Below are positions 8,227 to 17,800 of a DNA stretch of 64,000 nucleotides, piece after piece. The notes below the pieces were generated by a model. It did no database searches. It was given only the letters and a program-made list of their open reading frames with translations, and was not told where the DNA came from. Numbering within the stretch: position 1 is the first letter of the stretch; every line of letters begins with the position of its first letter. The stretch comes from a virus. The position numbers and the translations under genes are program-made. Location: positions 2,624-66,623 of the IMG/VR virus record IMGVR_UViG_3300021356_000015. One strand, 5' to 3'.

Positions 8227-9264
8227 TTAGCTTATAAGATGCGGCTTTGCCTCTGCAAGACCCGCATTAGTTACTGCGTTGTACTCAACCTTGGACCAGT
8301 ACTCGCTAGTAGTAGATGCTCCAGTGTATGAGAATGCTGACTTAATACCATCGATAAGACCAGCAAGGATAAACTTAACTCCACCCTTGAAAGGTACAGT
8401 AGTAGATTCTCCTTCAACGTTACGTTGCTTTTGATTGTGAGTAATCTTAGTCTCAAGAGATGCAGATCCTCTGTAACGCTTGTAAAGACCACGTGCATTT
8501 TCTAAGATAGCACCTGGTGATTCCTTAGTTCCTGAAATTAAGGATCCAACCATTACGCAATCTGCTCCAACTGCGAGTGCCTTAGCAATATCACCAGAGG
8601 ACTTAATACCTCCATCTGCCATGATAGGCACATCTCTAAAGTTACCTTCGACGCAGTCAAGGATTGAGGTCACGTTTGGAACACCGAATCCAGTCTGAAC
8701 TCGAGTTGTGCATAGAGAACCACCTCCGATACCAACGCGAAGGCCATCAGCTCCCCAATTAACTAAGTCTCTTGCTGCCTCTTCGGTTGCAACGTTGCCT
8801 GCGATTACATCGACAGTTGTGTGTAGGTTTTCCTTAAGCGTTGCGATTGCAGTGCGTACGTTAGCGTGGTGACCGTGCGCAACGTCGATTAAGATGATTT
8901 GGCATCCAGCTGCGCAAAGCGCTTGTGCGCGCTCAAGATAATCATCGACTGCCCCAACTGCAGCCATGATCGGAAGATCCCAGCAAGATTCAGGTGAGTT
9001 TTGTTGAAAGTGCTTGACTTTTGCGACTTCAGCTGCTTGATCTTCGATGCTCATAAAACGGTGAATACATCCAACACCTCCCATCTCCATCATTGCGATA
9101 GCCATCTCGCTTTCACAGACAGTGTCCATGCAAGATGCTACGATAGGAACTCGAATCTTATAATTACGAGAAACGTTGGTTGTTAGATCAATATCTTGGC
9201 GTGTGACAATATCAGAGAACTTGGGAATCAACTGAATATCATCGTATGTTAGTGCTTGCTTCAT
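8227..9264 (-). CDS. guaC: IMPDH/GMP reductase family enzyme without CBS domains (GMP reductase more likely)
   Basis: LTYDDI, DVAHGH, GIGGGSLCTTR catalytic Cys loop, MADGGI; flap GSAS...NVEG lacks the IMPDH Arg-Tyr dyad. Confidence 0.8.
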   Translation of the reverse strand: MKQALTYDDIQLIPKFSDIVTRQDIDLTTNVSRNYKIRVPIVASCMDTVCESEMAIAMMEMGGVGCIHRFMSIEDQAAEVAKVKHFQQNSPESCWDLPIMAAVGAVDDYLERAQALCAAGCQIILIDVAHGHHANVRTAIATLKENLHTTVDVIAGNVATEEAARDLVNWGADGLRVGIGGGSLCTTRVQTGFGVPNVTSILDCVEGNFRDVPIMADGGIKSSGDIAKALAVGADCVMVGSLISGTKESPGAILENARGLYKRYRGSASLETKITHNQKQRNVEGESTTVPFKGGVKFILAGLIDGIKSAFSYTGASTTSEYWSKVEYNAVTNAGLAEAKPHLIS

Positions 9265-9283
9265 GCTTTATTTAATTTGAAAT

Positions 9284-9310
9284 TTATATATGGTTGATTT
9301 AGTTTGTTTC
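9284..9310 (-). promoter_or_regulatory. Putative middle (ECF-type) promoter
   Basis: GAAAC-N17-TATAA upstream of guaC. Confidence 0.7.
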
Positions 9311-9312
9311 AT

Positions 9313-9340
9313 AAAAAAGGAGCCAATTTCTTGACTCCTA
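9313..9340 (-). terminator. Intrinsic terminator after tRNA array
   Basis: AGGAGTCAA-gaaa-TTGGCTCCT followed by TTTTT. Confidence 0.7.
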
Positions 9341-9366
9341 TAAGCTGATCGCTTGCATGGCATGTG

Positions 9367-9437
9367 TTCCCCGACCAAGACTCGAACTCAGACTAGCTGG
9401 ACCAAAACCAGATGTGCTACCATTACACCATCGGGGA
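9367..9437 (-). tRNA. tRNA-Gln(TTG)
   Basis: Acceptor TCCCCGA/TCGGGGA; anticodon loop TTTTGGT. Confidence 0.9.
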
Positions 9438-9451
9438 ATTCAATGTATCTA

Positions 9452-9691
9452 TCACTGAACGAATGTCACTTCGTTGATCTGAACAAAAACATCTTCAATC
9501 TCCTCGTCTGTCGTCTGATCGAATACGACTGATTCCCATTTCATTCCTCGTGGGGAGACAGGAGCATTGAATCGAATGTAGAATTCATCAAACTCAACAA
9601 AGCCTTCCATAGGGTGACCATATTGATTAGTGAATTCGGCCGTGGTCTTGTGACCATCTTTAAGTTGATAATTAACTTTAGTGACGTACAT
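9452..9691 (-). CDS. Hypothetical protein
   Basis: 79 aa ORF preceded by an AAAC-N17-TATAA promoter (9711-9737). Confidence 0.6.
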   Translation of the reverse strand: MYVTKVNYQLKDGHKTTAEFTNQYGHPMEGFVEFDEFYIRFNAPVSPRGMKWESVVFDQTTDEEIEDVFVQINEVTFVQ

Positions 9692-9743
9692 TTTGTTTTG
9701 TTTACGATACTTATACTTAATGATACTTATTTGTTTCTCTTTG

Positions 9744-9818
9744 GGTGGCTAATCGGTTTCGAACCGACGACCTCCGGAACCACAATCCGGCGCTCTAACC
9801 AGCTGAGCTATAGCCACC
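9744..9818 (-). tRNA. tRNA-His(GTG)
   Basis: Encoded G-1 and C73; anticodon loop TTGTGGT. Confidence 0.95.
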
Positions 9819-9819
9819 A

Positions 9820-10005
9820 TTAACCAAGAATATACCAAGGCGGAATTTGACTCTTACGCTTTGGTAGTCTCTTGAACTTTCTTACGTGAGGATATTTAAT
9901 ACCTTTGACTTCAATGTCAACTGTACGATTGCTGTTCTTTTTGATAATGACGCCTTCTTCCAAAGCGCCAAATACGTAGAACTCTATTTTATCTCCTACC
10001 TTCAT
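9820..10005 (-). CDS. Small SH3-like/KOW-like hypothetical protein
   Basis: MKVGDKIEF...GVIIKKNSNRTVDIEV. Confidence 0.5.
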   Translation of the reverse strand: MKVGDKIEFYVFGALEEGVIIKKNSNRTVDIEVKGIKYPHVRKFKRLPKRKSQIPPWYILG

Positions 10006-10019
10006 CGTATTAAATTTAG

Positions 10020-10101
10020 TGGGGGTAGATGGACTCGAACCACCGATGTCTTACGACGGCTGATTTACAGTCAGCTGCAATAGCCACTATGCGATACCCC
10101 C
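10020..10101 (-). tRNA. tRNA-Tyr(GTA)
   Basis: Anticodon arm GCTGA-CTGTAAA-TCAGC; long variable arm. Confidence 0.95.
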
Positions 10102-10178
10102 GGATCCGCAGCTTAGTTTTGGGTCGTTCTCAAACTAAGCCACTTGACAGACAGCGCGACCAGTACTTCTGCCCATTT

Positions 10179-10255
10179 TGGCGTCCCCTCTAGGGCTTGA
10201 ACCTAGGACCCTCTGATTAACAGTCAGATGCTCTAACCAACTGAGCTAAGGAGAC
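10179..10255 (-). tRNA. tRNA-Asn(GTT)
   Basis: Anticodon loop CTGTTAA; G73; encoded CCA. Confidence 0.95.
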
Positions 10256-10261
10256 GTTTTG

Positions 10262-10335
10262 AGCCGCTAGAGGGATTCGAACCCCCGACCCGCTGATTAC
10301 AAATCAGCTGCTCTGGCCAACTGAGCTATAGCGGC
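10262..10335 (-). tRNA. tRNA-Thr(TGT)
   Basis: Acceptor GCCGCTA/TAGCGGC; loop TTTGTAA. Confidence 0.95.
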
Positions 10336-10342
10336 ATGGTCT

Positions 10343-10369
10343 TTATATATACACGATCTAGTTTGTTTC
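10343..10369 (-). promoter_or_regulatory. Putative middle (ECF-type) promoter within tRNA array
   Basis: GAAAC-N17-TATAA. Confidence 0.7.
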
Positions 10370-10431
10370 GATGCCGGGGCCCGAAAGCGGTGCGTAATGC
10401 TTCCGGACCCCTGCGTTCGCCTCACACGCAG

Positions 10432-10505
10432 TAGCCCCTCTGGGACTCGAACCCAGGACCCTCTCATTAAAAGTGAGATGCTCTAACCAACTGAGCTAAG
10501 AGACC
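10432..10505 (-). tRNA. tRNA-Lys(TTT)
   Basis: Anticodon arm TCTCA-CTTTTAA-TGAGA. Confidence 0.95.
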
Positions 10506-10722
10506 ATGATCGAGATAAGCTGCACCTGTCGGCTCAGATCAGTGGCATACGTGTCTTACCTATCTCTACCTTGATTGTTATGACTCCACAAGGTATCGGA
10601 GCTGCCTATCATATAACAAACTTTAGGAATTACCTTAATAGACATAGCAATTCTTGCAACCTCCCTTATATTGTCGCCTTAAGATCTATATGAGGTATCA
10701 ACCTTAGGCCTTTAAATATTAG

Positions 10723-10796
10723 TAGGGACGACGGGATTTGAACCCATGACCTTGACTGTATAAGAGTCCTGCTCTAACCAACTGAGCTACGTCCCC
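10723..10796 (-). tRNA. tRNA-Ile(TAT)
   Basis: Acceptor GGGGACG/CGTCCCT, A73; anticodon arm GACT-CTTATAC-AGTC. Confidence 0.85.
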
Positions 10797-10856
10797 ATGT
10801 TGATCGCACCTGATGAATTTGTAGAGGTGCAAGACTCGAAAAAAACTAGACCGAGA

Positions 10857-10867
10857 TGTCAAAGAAC
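10857..10867 (-). promoter_or_regulatory. rrn-type boxA antitermination element heading tRNA array 1
   Basis: GTTCTTTGACA between the promoter and the first tRNA. Confidence 0.7.
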
Positions 10868-10940
10868 TTTCGTTCGATAGATACAAGGCTAATATACTAA
10901 ACCTTGCCTAAAGTTTAAAATTTTGGAGTGTTAAAATTTG

Positions 10941-11546
10941 TTAAATTTTAGCCATAGCCTCCATGATAAGCATCTTACCGCGGCGAATACGATTCTTAAC
11001 GGTTTGGAGGTTGACACCATGCTTGATAGCGATGTCTTCGTACTTCATGTTATTGAGAAGACGATCTTCAATGATGTCTCGGTACATTGGCTTGAGACCT
11101 TTAATGCAAGTCAAGGCCAAAGCATATTGTTCCATCAGTTGATTCTCTTCTTCGAGATAGTCTTTCTCGGTACGTTGCTCATAATCGTTGAGCAACTCGT
11201 CGATGGTTTCGTTAACGCCATTAGAGGCAGAGACTTCTACGCCGAAGTCTTTCATACCATCGATACTGTACTTGCGATTGCGCTCGCGAATCCATCCAAG
11301 AGACTCGTTGAAGGCAATGCGATACAGCCAAGTAGTAATTTGATATTTAGGATCGTATTGATCGATCTTAGTCCACATCTTGATCAGAGTATTAGCCAAG
11401 ATGTCTTCGGCTGCTTCTGCATCTTTAACTACATTCATAATATAGTTACGAAGACCTGGTTGAACTCGCTTGTACAGCAAGTTAAAGTCTTTTTCAGATC
11501 GAGTAGCCAAGAAGTTTTCTGCAAGTTCGCGATACGTGCTCTGCAT
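10941..11546 (-). CDS. ECF-type sigma-70 family RNA polymerase sigma factor
   Basis: Region 2 AEDILANTLIKMW...ITTWLYRIAFN; region 4 LKPMYRDII...MKYEDIA...NLQTVKNRIRRGK; start likely MQSTY at 11546. Confidence 0.9.
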   Translation of the reverse strand: MQSTYRELAENFLATRSEKDFNLLYKRVQPGLRNYIMNVVKDAEAAEDILANTLIKMWTKIDQYDPKYQITTWLYRIAFNESLGWIRERNRKYSIDGMKDFGVEVSASNGVNETIDELLNDYEQRTEKDYLEEENQLMEQYALALTCIKGLKPMYRDIIEDRLLNNMKYEDIAIKHGVNLQTVKNRIRRGKMLIMEAMAKI

Positions 11547-11577
11547 GTAAGTTTGTTTAGAGGGGTGAAAGTTACAT

Positions 11578-11635
11578 GGTAAATATACCACAAAAAATTT
11601 AAACGGGAAACTTTAAATGTTAAAAATCGTTAAAA
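11578..11635 (-). promoter_or_regulatory. Putative early (host-sigma) promoter of ECF sigma gene
   Basis: TTAAC repeats followed by GGTATATTTA, resembling the Bacteroidota -7 element TAnnTTTG. Confidence 0.5.
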
Positions 11636-12135
11636 GTTTCCAAAAGTCGCTGTAGTTCTTGAGGCTTATAGCCCCAAAGATCGGTAGACGCATTGATAAT
11701 TCGCTTCTTAGGATCTGACTTGTACTTTTTACCGGGATAGCCAATAACTGAGTAGTACCCATTGGATGACCCTGGCCATTCCTGCATGGGCCAATAAGAC
11801 AAGCTACACTCATAATCCTTAAGAGGAGTAATGCGATTCATTAAGTATGTCTTGGTCGGTAGAAGCTTTTTATTATTCAACAACATAACTGCTTCATCGT
11901 GCTCCGCAGGCAATAGTCTAATAGTTCCCTTGAGTCGTTGTAGTGCGTCTTGTGCAGTCTTGGGATCCCAAGCGAAGTTTCCTAAGTGATAAACTAAATC
12001 TTCGTCTGTGACCACTGAATTCCAATTGCCAATCAACTCGTTAGTCATATTGTCAACGTCCTTAAATGGCCTCTTAAACTTAGAGATTGCGTTGGGTCGA
12101 CCCAACTGTAAGTTAGAAGTCACATATACTTTCAT
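11620..12135 (-). CDS. Calcineurin-like metallophosphoesterase homolog with degenerate metal ligands
   Basis: Family scaffold (RPF..VD.M...LI.NWNSVV...D.VYHLG) but SNLQ, LGNF, AEHD, SYWP and IGYP replace SDxH, LGDF, GNHD, HYP and GHxH. Confidence 0.75.
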   Translation of the reverse strand: MKVYVTSNLQLGRPNAISKFKRPFKDVDNMTNELIGNWNSVVTDEDLVYHLGNFAWDPKTAQDALQRLKGTIRLLPAEHDEAVMLLNNKKLLPTKTYLMNRITPLKDYECSLSYWPMQEWPGSSNGYYSVIGYPGKKYKSDPKKRIINASTDLWGYKPQELQRLLETFNDF

Positions 12136-12165
12136 GTATTGTTATATAAAAATATTGAGGTATGT

Positions 12166-12825
12166 TTATGAAACGCTTAAAGATTCTAATGAATAGTCTA
12201 AACTTCTTGGATCTTTATCACCATATTCTGTGATGTAATTATAGTAACACAATACATCTTTCTCAAATGCAAATTCTTGGGGAGCTAAGCTAAAAAGTTT
12301 AGTTATAAAGAATCCATCTGCACAATAGCCGTCTCCATAAAAACAATCGTGTTTTACTATTAAGTCTCTGTCAACAAAATATTGTGCGCAATCAATTTTT
12401 CCGACTTTTACGTTTTCGGGTTTAGCTGTTCTGATGTCTAGGCCTGAAAAATCAAATCCTCCTACCCACTGAGAAAAAATCAAAACTTTTTTATCAGAAT
12501 ATTCTAAAACCTTTTCATAAAAGTTCTCATGAATAATATTATCGTCGTCTAGTATGTAAATATATCCCAAATCTATCACGTCAGCGATAAGCTTATTAGT
12601 ATAATAGTGCTGACATTTAAAATCACCGCAATGATTGAAATACAGATAAATGTTTTCTTTCAATAGACTCTGCATTAATTGCTTATCTATTGTATTAATT
12701 TTTGCCGTATCAAAAATGATATGCCAATCTATGCTTATTTGATCTGGCACATTGCTGAAAATTGATTTTTTAACCTGTTCTAGGTTTTCAGCCCTTGTGC
12801 ATCGTGTAATAATGTTTATCTTCAT
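12166..12825 (-). CDS. Glycosyltransferase family 2 (GT-A)
   Basis: IITRCTR N-terminus, YILDDDN DxD motif, KIDCAQ, ADGFFI. Confidence 0.75.
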   Translation of the reverse strand: MKINIITRCTRAENLEQVKKSIFSNVPDQISIDWHIIFDTAKINTIDKQLMQSLLKENIYLYFNHCGDFKCQHYYTNKLIADVIDLGYIYILDDDNIIHENFYEKVLEYSDKKVLIFSQWVGGFDFSGLDIRTAKPENVKVGKIDCAQYFVDRDLIVKHDCFYGDGYCADGFFITKLFSLAPQEFAFEKDVLCYYNYITEYGDKDPRSLDYSLESLSVS

Positions 12826-12855
12826 GTAATGTTATACGTAAACTGTAAAATAAGT

Positions 12856-14811
12856 TTATTGTACATCATAGATGCAACGAACCGACATGCCATGGCCTTT
12901 AGAATTACTTGTTTGCCAAAGGTCATTATATCTAGCAATACCATTCTTTGTATCTAAAATGGCTCTTGACCAAGCACTTTCTCTTCTATTTCTTTTTAGT
13001 GAGAAATGTGAGTCTGAAGTCCAATAAGTTGCTATTAAGTCTTGGCCGTAATAAGCACCGTCAATATCTTTGATAACTCCAGCATAAACTGGATTGAAAT
13101 CACTAGCGAAGATAATACTATGCATATCTTGTGCTTCGCCTCTATTTCCAGTAGCATTAAGTTCAGCTGCATTCATACCTATATTCTCTTCAAGTAATTT
13201 CCAATCTAAATCACTAGGAACTCTCCAACCTATAGGACACACGCCTTCATCAATAGCATACCAATTATACAAGAAACCTAAAGTATCTACATCACTTAGA
13301 GGATTGTAATATGCTCCTACTTCATCGTTTCTCCATTCAGATCCCTGTCCTAACTCGTTAATAGAAGCTCCAGAAGTGTATGTTGTTGTTCTTAAGTTTT
13401 CAGCAAACCAACATTGATTTCCCACTAGAGTTAAATCGTAAGTGTAGCCATTATAATTTTCAGTAACGCAATCTTCGGTGTTATCACATATACCATTGTT
13501 ATTTAAATCTTCTGCGCAGTCTCCGCCACAAACACCAATTGCATCTAGTTGGTTACCGTTGCAGTCGCAGTCGCCTACAGGAATATCAGTGCATCCACAC
13601 TGATATATTGCGCCCTGGCCATTACAAACCCCACATGCATCAAAAGAACCTATACAATCATCTACATCGTCGCAAATACCGTCGTCGTCTGAATCAGATT
13701 GACAAGTTCCATTACAAACTCCCAAAGCATCTAATTCTCCAACGCAGTCGTCTACATCGTCGCAAATACCATCTGAATCAGCGTCGGTTTGACAAGATCC
13801 TCCGCAAACACCTATAGCATCTTCATAAAGACATGACCCATCATCAACGGTTGCTAATGCGTTATAATTACATGCGTTGGAGTCAGTACAACCTTCGTTT
13901 GACCCATACAAATTATTACCGTTTGCAAACATAGCTTGCCTATATTGATCTCCCCACGTGTGCATTCTGTCTATTTGACCATCTGTAAACTTTAAATTAG
14001 AGCATCCATGATATGACATTATATTTTCAGGATCTGCACCTTCATTATTAGTACCAACATACCCTAAACACACAACGCTACATCCTCCTAAAACCCCAAT
14101 TTGAGGAGGGGTGTCACAAACCAAGTCTCCTTGAGTTAAACAATTACTTTCTTGACTAGCTTCTAAACATGAAGGATAACCATAATAATAAGTATCATAT
14201 GTTTGCCCTTGGGAAGTTTGTTTGTGAAAAGAATGATATAATCCTAAAAAATGACCTACCTCATGGGCATTGGTTTTACTAGTCGTACTTTTAAAATACA
14301 GAGGATCTACAAAATATCCAGGTACATAGGTAGGATGCAAAAATGTAAATCCAGCAGCGCCCCCAGACATTTCAATAATATAAACGTTTAAATATTGAGA
14401 ATTTAAATAACCAAACGTATTCCAGAAATATCCAGCTGAATCAGCAATAGTCAAATAAGAAGCATTCACATAGAATTCTGTACCGTAATCGTTTAGATCT
14501 ATGTTTCTATATCCATTAAAAGTTTGATTAGTTAATGGATCTACAAATGTATTTCCATCTGGATTACGATCAGCTAATACAAATGTTATTTCTGAATCAG
14601 TTTGATCTGTTGTACCTATTCCTGATTGAAATTGAATATTTAAAAGATCTACAGCATCAACTACCTGAGAGTAGCTAACGTTAGACCCATACCCTAGAGT
14701 ACTTGTGTTATCATGTAGTACATTTACAACAAGAGGTATTATTCTTTCTTGAGAAAGAATTGAATTACACATCGTTAAGCAAAACAATGCAAGTGTAGTT
14801 AGATTTTTCAT
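12856..14811 (-). CDS. Secreted M43 metalloprotease with Cys/Asp repeats and FISUMP (Fib_succ_major) domain
   Basis: Signal peptide; [11 protein letters not shown]; NIMSY; DAIGVCGG...DGICDD repeats; [12 protein letters not shown]...LYNWYA...[13 protein letters not shown]...SVRCI. Confidence 0.85.
   Translation of the reverse strand: MKNLTTLALFCLTMCNSILSQERIIPLVVNVLHDNTSTLGYGSNVSYSQVVDAVDLLNIQFQSGIGTTDQTDSEITFVLADRNPDGNTFVDPLTNQTFNGYRNIDLNDYGTEFYVNASYLTIADSAGYFWNTFGYLNSQYLNVYIIEMSGGAAGFTFLHPTYVPGYFVDPLYFKSTTSKTNAHEVGHFLGLYHSFHKQTSQGQTYDTYYYGYPSCLEASQESNCLTQGDLVCDTPPQIGVLGGCSVVCLGYVGTNNEGADPENIMSYHGCSNLKFTDGQIDRMHTWGDQYRQAMFANGNNLYGSNEGCTDSNACNYNALATVDDGSCLYEDAIGVCGGSCQTDADSDGICDDVDDCVGELDALGVCNGTCQSDSDDDGICDDVDDCIGSFDACGVCNGQGAIYQCGCTDIPVGDCDCNGNQLDAIGVCGGDCAEDLNNNGICDNTEDCVTENYNGYTYDLTLVGNQCWFAENLRTTTYTSGASINELGQGSEWRNDEVGAYYNPLSDVDTLGFLYNWYAIDEGVCPIGWRVPSDLDWKLLEENIGMNAAELNATGNRGEAQDMHSIIFASDFNPVYAGVIKDIDGAYYGQDLIATYWTSDSHFSLKRNRRESAWSRAILDTKNGIARYNDLWQTSNSKGHGMSVRCIYDVQ
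13490..13895 (-). repeat. Cys/Asp-rich repeats (DAxGVC[GN][19 protein letters not shown])
   Basis: Near-identical nucleotide copies tctacatcgtcgcaaatacc near 13661 and 13751. Confidence 0.85.
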
Positions 14812-14823
14812 AGTATTTTACAA

Positions 14824-14853
14824 AAATAAAGCGGGTTTAATCCCGCTTTATTT
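14824..14853. terminator. Inverted repeat, terminator-like
   Basis: aaataaagcggg-tttaat-cccgctttattt. Confidence 0.55.
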
Positions 14854-14875
14854 ATCTTGTTTTTATAAGTTTATC

Positions 14876-17800
14876 TTAGTCTTCTAAAATACATCTAACT
14901 GAAAGACCGTGACCCTTACCCTCACTAGTCTGCCATAGATCGTGATATCTGCCAATAGCTGATAGATCTTGATCTGCAAAAATAGCTCTAGACCATGCGC
15001 TTTCACTGTATCTTGGTCGTGTAGTAAAGAAAGAGCTTTGCGTCCAGTAATAGCCTGCATTTCCAAGTTGTCTAAATTGACCGTCAATGTCAACTCTTAA
15101 ACCTCCAAAATCACCAGACCAACCTGTTGTTCCATTTGGACCAATAGCATCGCCAGTTAATGTAGAAATACCTCTATATCCGGTTGAATTTAATTCAGCT
15201 CTAGGCATACCTGTAAAGTCTTCAAGGTCTTTAAAGTCTTTATCAGTAGGAACTCTCCAACCTGCTGGACATACACCTTGTTCAACTGCATACCAATTGT
15301 ATAAGTATCCATATTGATCATCATTACTAATATCATTATTATATCTCGAGAATGCTCCAGAAGTTGCATCTGACCAAGCTTGATTGCCTGTTATTTCGGG
15401 AATTGGTTGACCCGAGGTGTACTGGCGAGTTCTTAGGTTTTCAGTAAACCAACATTGGTCTCCTATTTGTTCAACGTCGTAAGTATAGTTATCCCAAGTT
15501 GGAGATAAACAGCTTAGAAGTTCAGCTTGTTGAGCAACGTCACAAATGCCGTCACCGTTTACGTCAAACGCACAATCACCTCCACAGATACCTATTGCGT
15601 CTTCAACTTGACCAGCACAGTCGCAAGCGCCTTCAGGTATGCCATTACCTCCGCAGACACCACACTCATCACGTACTAGAATAGCACCATCGCTAACGTT
15701 AGCAGTAGGATCAAAATTACAAAGTAAAATTGGATTTAAAGAAGTAGATTCTTCATTAATGTCTTGATAAGGCAAAGAGTATATAGTTCCACCTACTCTA
15801 ACTTCGGGGGCTTCAGCTCCAGAAACACATCTAACAGGGTAATAAGAAGTTACCCATGCGCCATAAATTTCGGAACGAGTACAATAAGGCGGTTGGCCAC
15901 AAGATGGTGTAAAGCTATTATATGTAAGACCATCTGAATAATAATCAACAGCACGACCGTTACTTATAAAATTAGGTTCTTCATATTGAGGAAAATTAAA
16001 TCCTGGAACAGCATTACCCGATAGTAATTGAGTAGCTGGAAAATACCAATTTCTTCTTCCATCTATGTCTTTCCATGCTCCCACTGCACCCCAGCCGTCT
16101 CGACCAGCGGTCTTAGAAATTTGATACGGATCTGATCCAAATCCATCTGGATCACTGACTTGAAGCGCACTATTATATGTACCGTTAAATCCAAATTCAT
16201 TTTGACCATAAAATGTGTTACCTGATGGGCCCCCCCAGCCCCATTCTACAACATCAGCTGCGGATACAGTTAAAGCGCTACGAGGAGATTGACCAACTGC
16301 ATCAGCAAGCAATTGAAAGTCAGAAACACTGGCTACTCTAAATCCTTCTGGGCAAATATTCTTTTGGTTAGGATCGTTAGGGTTATCATAAGCCAAGTAG
16401 TTGTAATAGAAGCCCCAGAAATTATCTCTACTGTTAGGTGCATCCCATTCTTCTTGACTAACGAATGCATTATATGGATTCGTTGTTGAGTTGGTAGCTA
16501 ATCTTGGGTCTATATAAGCTGCAAAAAGACTATCTGTGTCTCTAAAAACTTCAGCGTATGTCGACATGTCAGTTGAATCCATTCTCATGATGGGAGTTCC
16601 GTCACTATATACTGATGTCTTAAGATTTTCTGCAAACCAGCATTGATTACCAATAGATACCAAATCATGATCTGTTCCATCAACAGTTATAAATGTTATA
16701 GGATTTCCGTTTACGTCTACACAGTTATTTGCAGCTGAGACGGTATCAATAGCAGCACTAGGATAGCCCGGTGTGTTTATTTTTGCCCAGTATCTTTGTC
16801 CTTCTTGAAGACCGTCAAACCTGGTTTCAGTAACAGCCTTTCTGTATATGTGTTCGTCATGAACATAAGATAAAGATATTATTGTATCTTTAACAACATT
16901 AGCAAAATTTTCATCTGAGGCTAAAAGTATGTTTATATCCCCGGCCTCTACTGTTCCTTGAGACACTGCTTCTATTGAAGTAGTTATAGTACCGGGTTCT
17001 GAAACTTCAAAATCAAAATTTACATCTGCTAATGCAAAAGGATCATTTAAATTAGCATCGTCGCAAAATCCATTATTTCCTCCAGTATAACACTGCTCAT
17101 TAGATACAAAGCCTTCAGGAACATCAAATCTATACATGAGAGGATACGGTAAAGTATCAGGTTGAGTTGTTAGATAAACATCAGTATCTATAGAAGTAAT
17201 CTTTGAACCCATGCCATTAAATCCTACAAAATCAACTCCATTTTGAGGATTACTAAGGTGATCTAACCATGTATCATCCATGGAATAAAGAACATCCGTT
17301 CCATTCAAGAGAACGTTAAAGTTACACCCGTCTAAACAAGATTCGTAGACTAAGTGAGAAACTTGACCTGCTCCAGGACCATCAGTTAGCGCGTATCCAT
17401 CAAAGAATCTAAGAACGTATTCTCCTGGCTCTAAATACCAAGTATTAACAACTTCCCATGAATCATTTGATCCTGTTGCATTATAATATGTAATAAACGG
17501 GTACGTATTTCCATAGACATCGTTGCCATACTTATCAAACTTATAGGTTTCTGATGCTTTGGTTTTATTTGTAAGAAATGAGTTAGACCACCATTTTCTA
17601 CCATCCATAACTATTTCATCAGTATCTACATTATAAATGTCAAATTGCTTAAACATCCAAAACGCTCGCTTATAGTTAGAGGTTATAGATATAGAACCAT
17701 CAGCTTGTCTATCCAGTTGATATGTCTTTGTATTATCTCCTAAGTATGAATCAACAGGAGATTGAGAAACAGAGGCCGTAATTGACCAAGTTCCTACATC

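Noticed and set aside
10104-10431. HDV-like theta ribozymes 3' of tRNAs, or SRP RNA (GGTCCGGAAG)
   Set aside because: The P1/P2/P3/P1.1 topology could not be built and the SRP internal-loop motif is incomplete; kept only as unknown structured elements
10805-10850. Hammerhead-like CTGATGA...CGAAA on the plus strand
   Set aside because: Stem II cannot close adjacent to the core, no stems I/III are evident, and it is antisense to transcription
10938-11582. 214-aa plus-strand ORF
   Set aside because: Antisense shadow of the clearly recognisable ECF sigma gene
12856-15100. Diversity-generating retroelement targeting the two similar FISUMP C-termini
   Set aside because: Differences between the copies include indels and are not adenine-restricted; there is no template repeat or reverse transcriptase in the window
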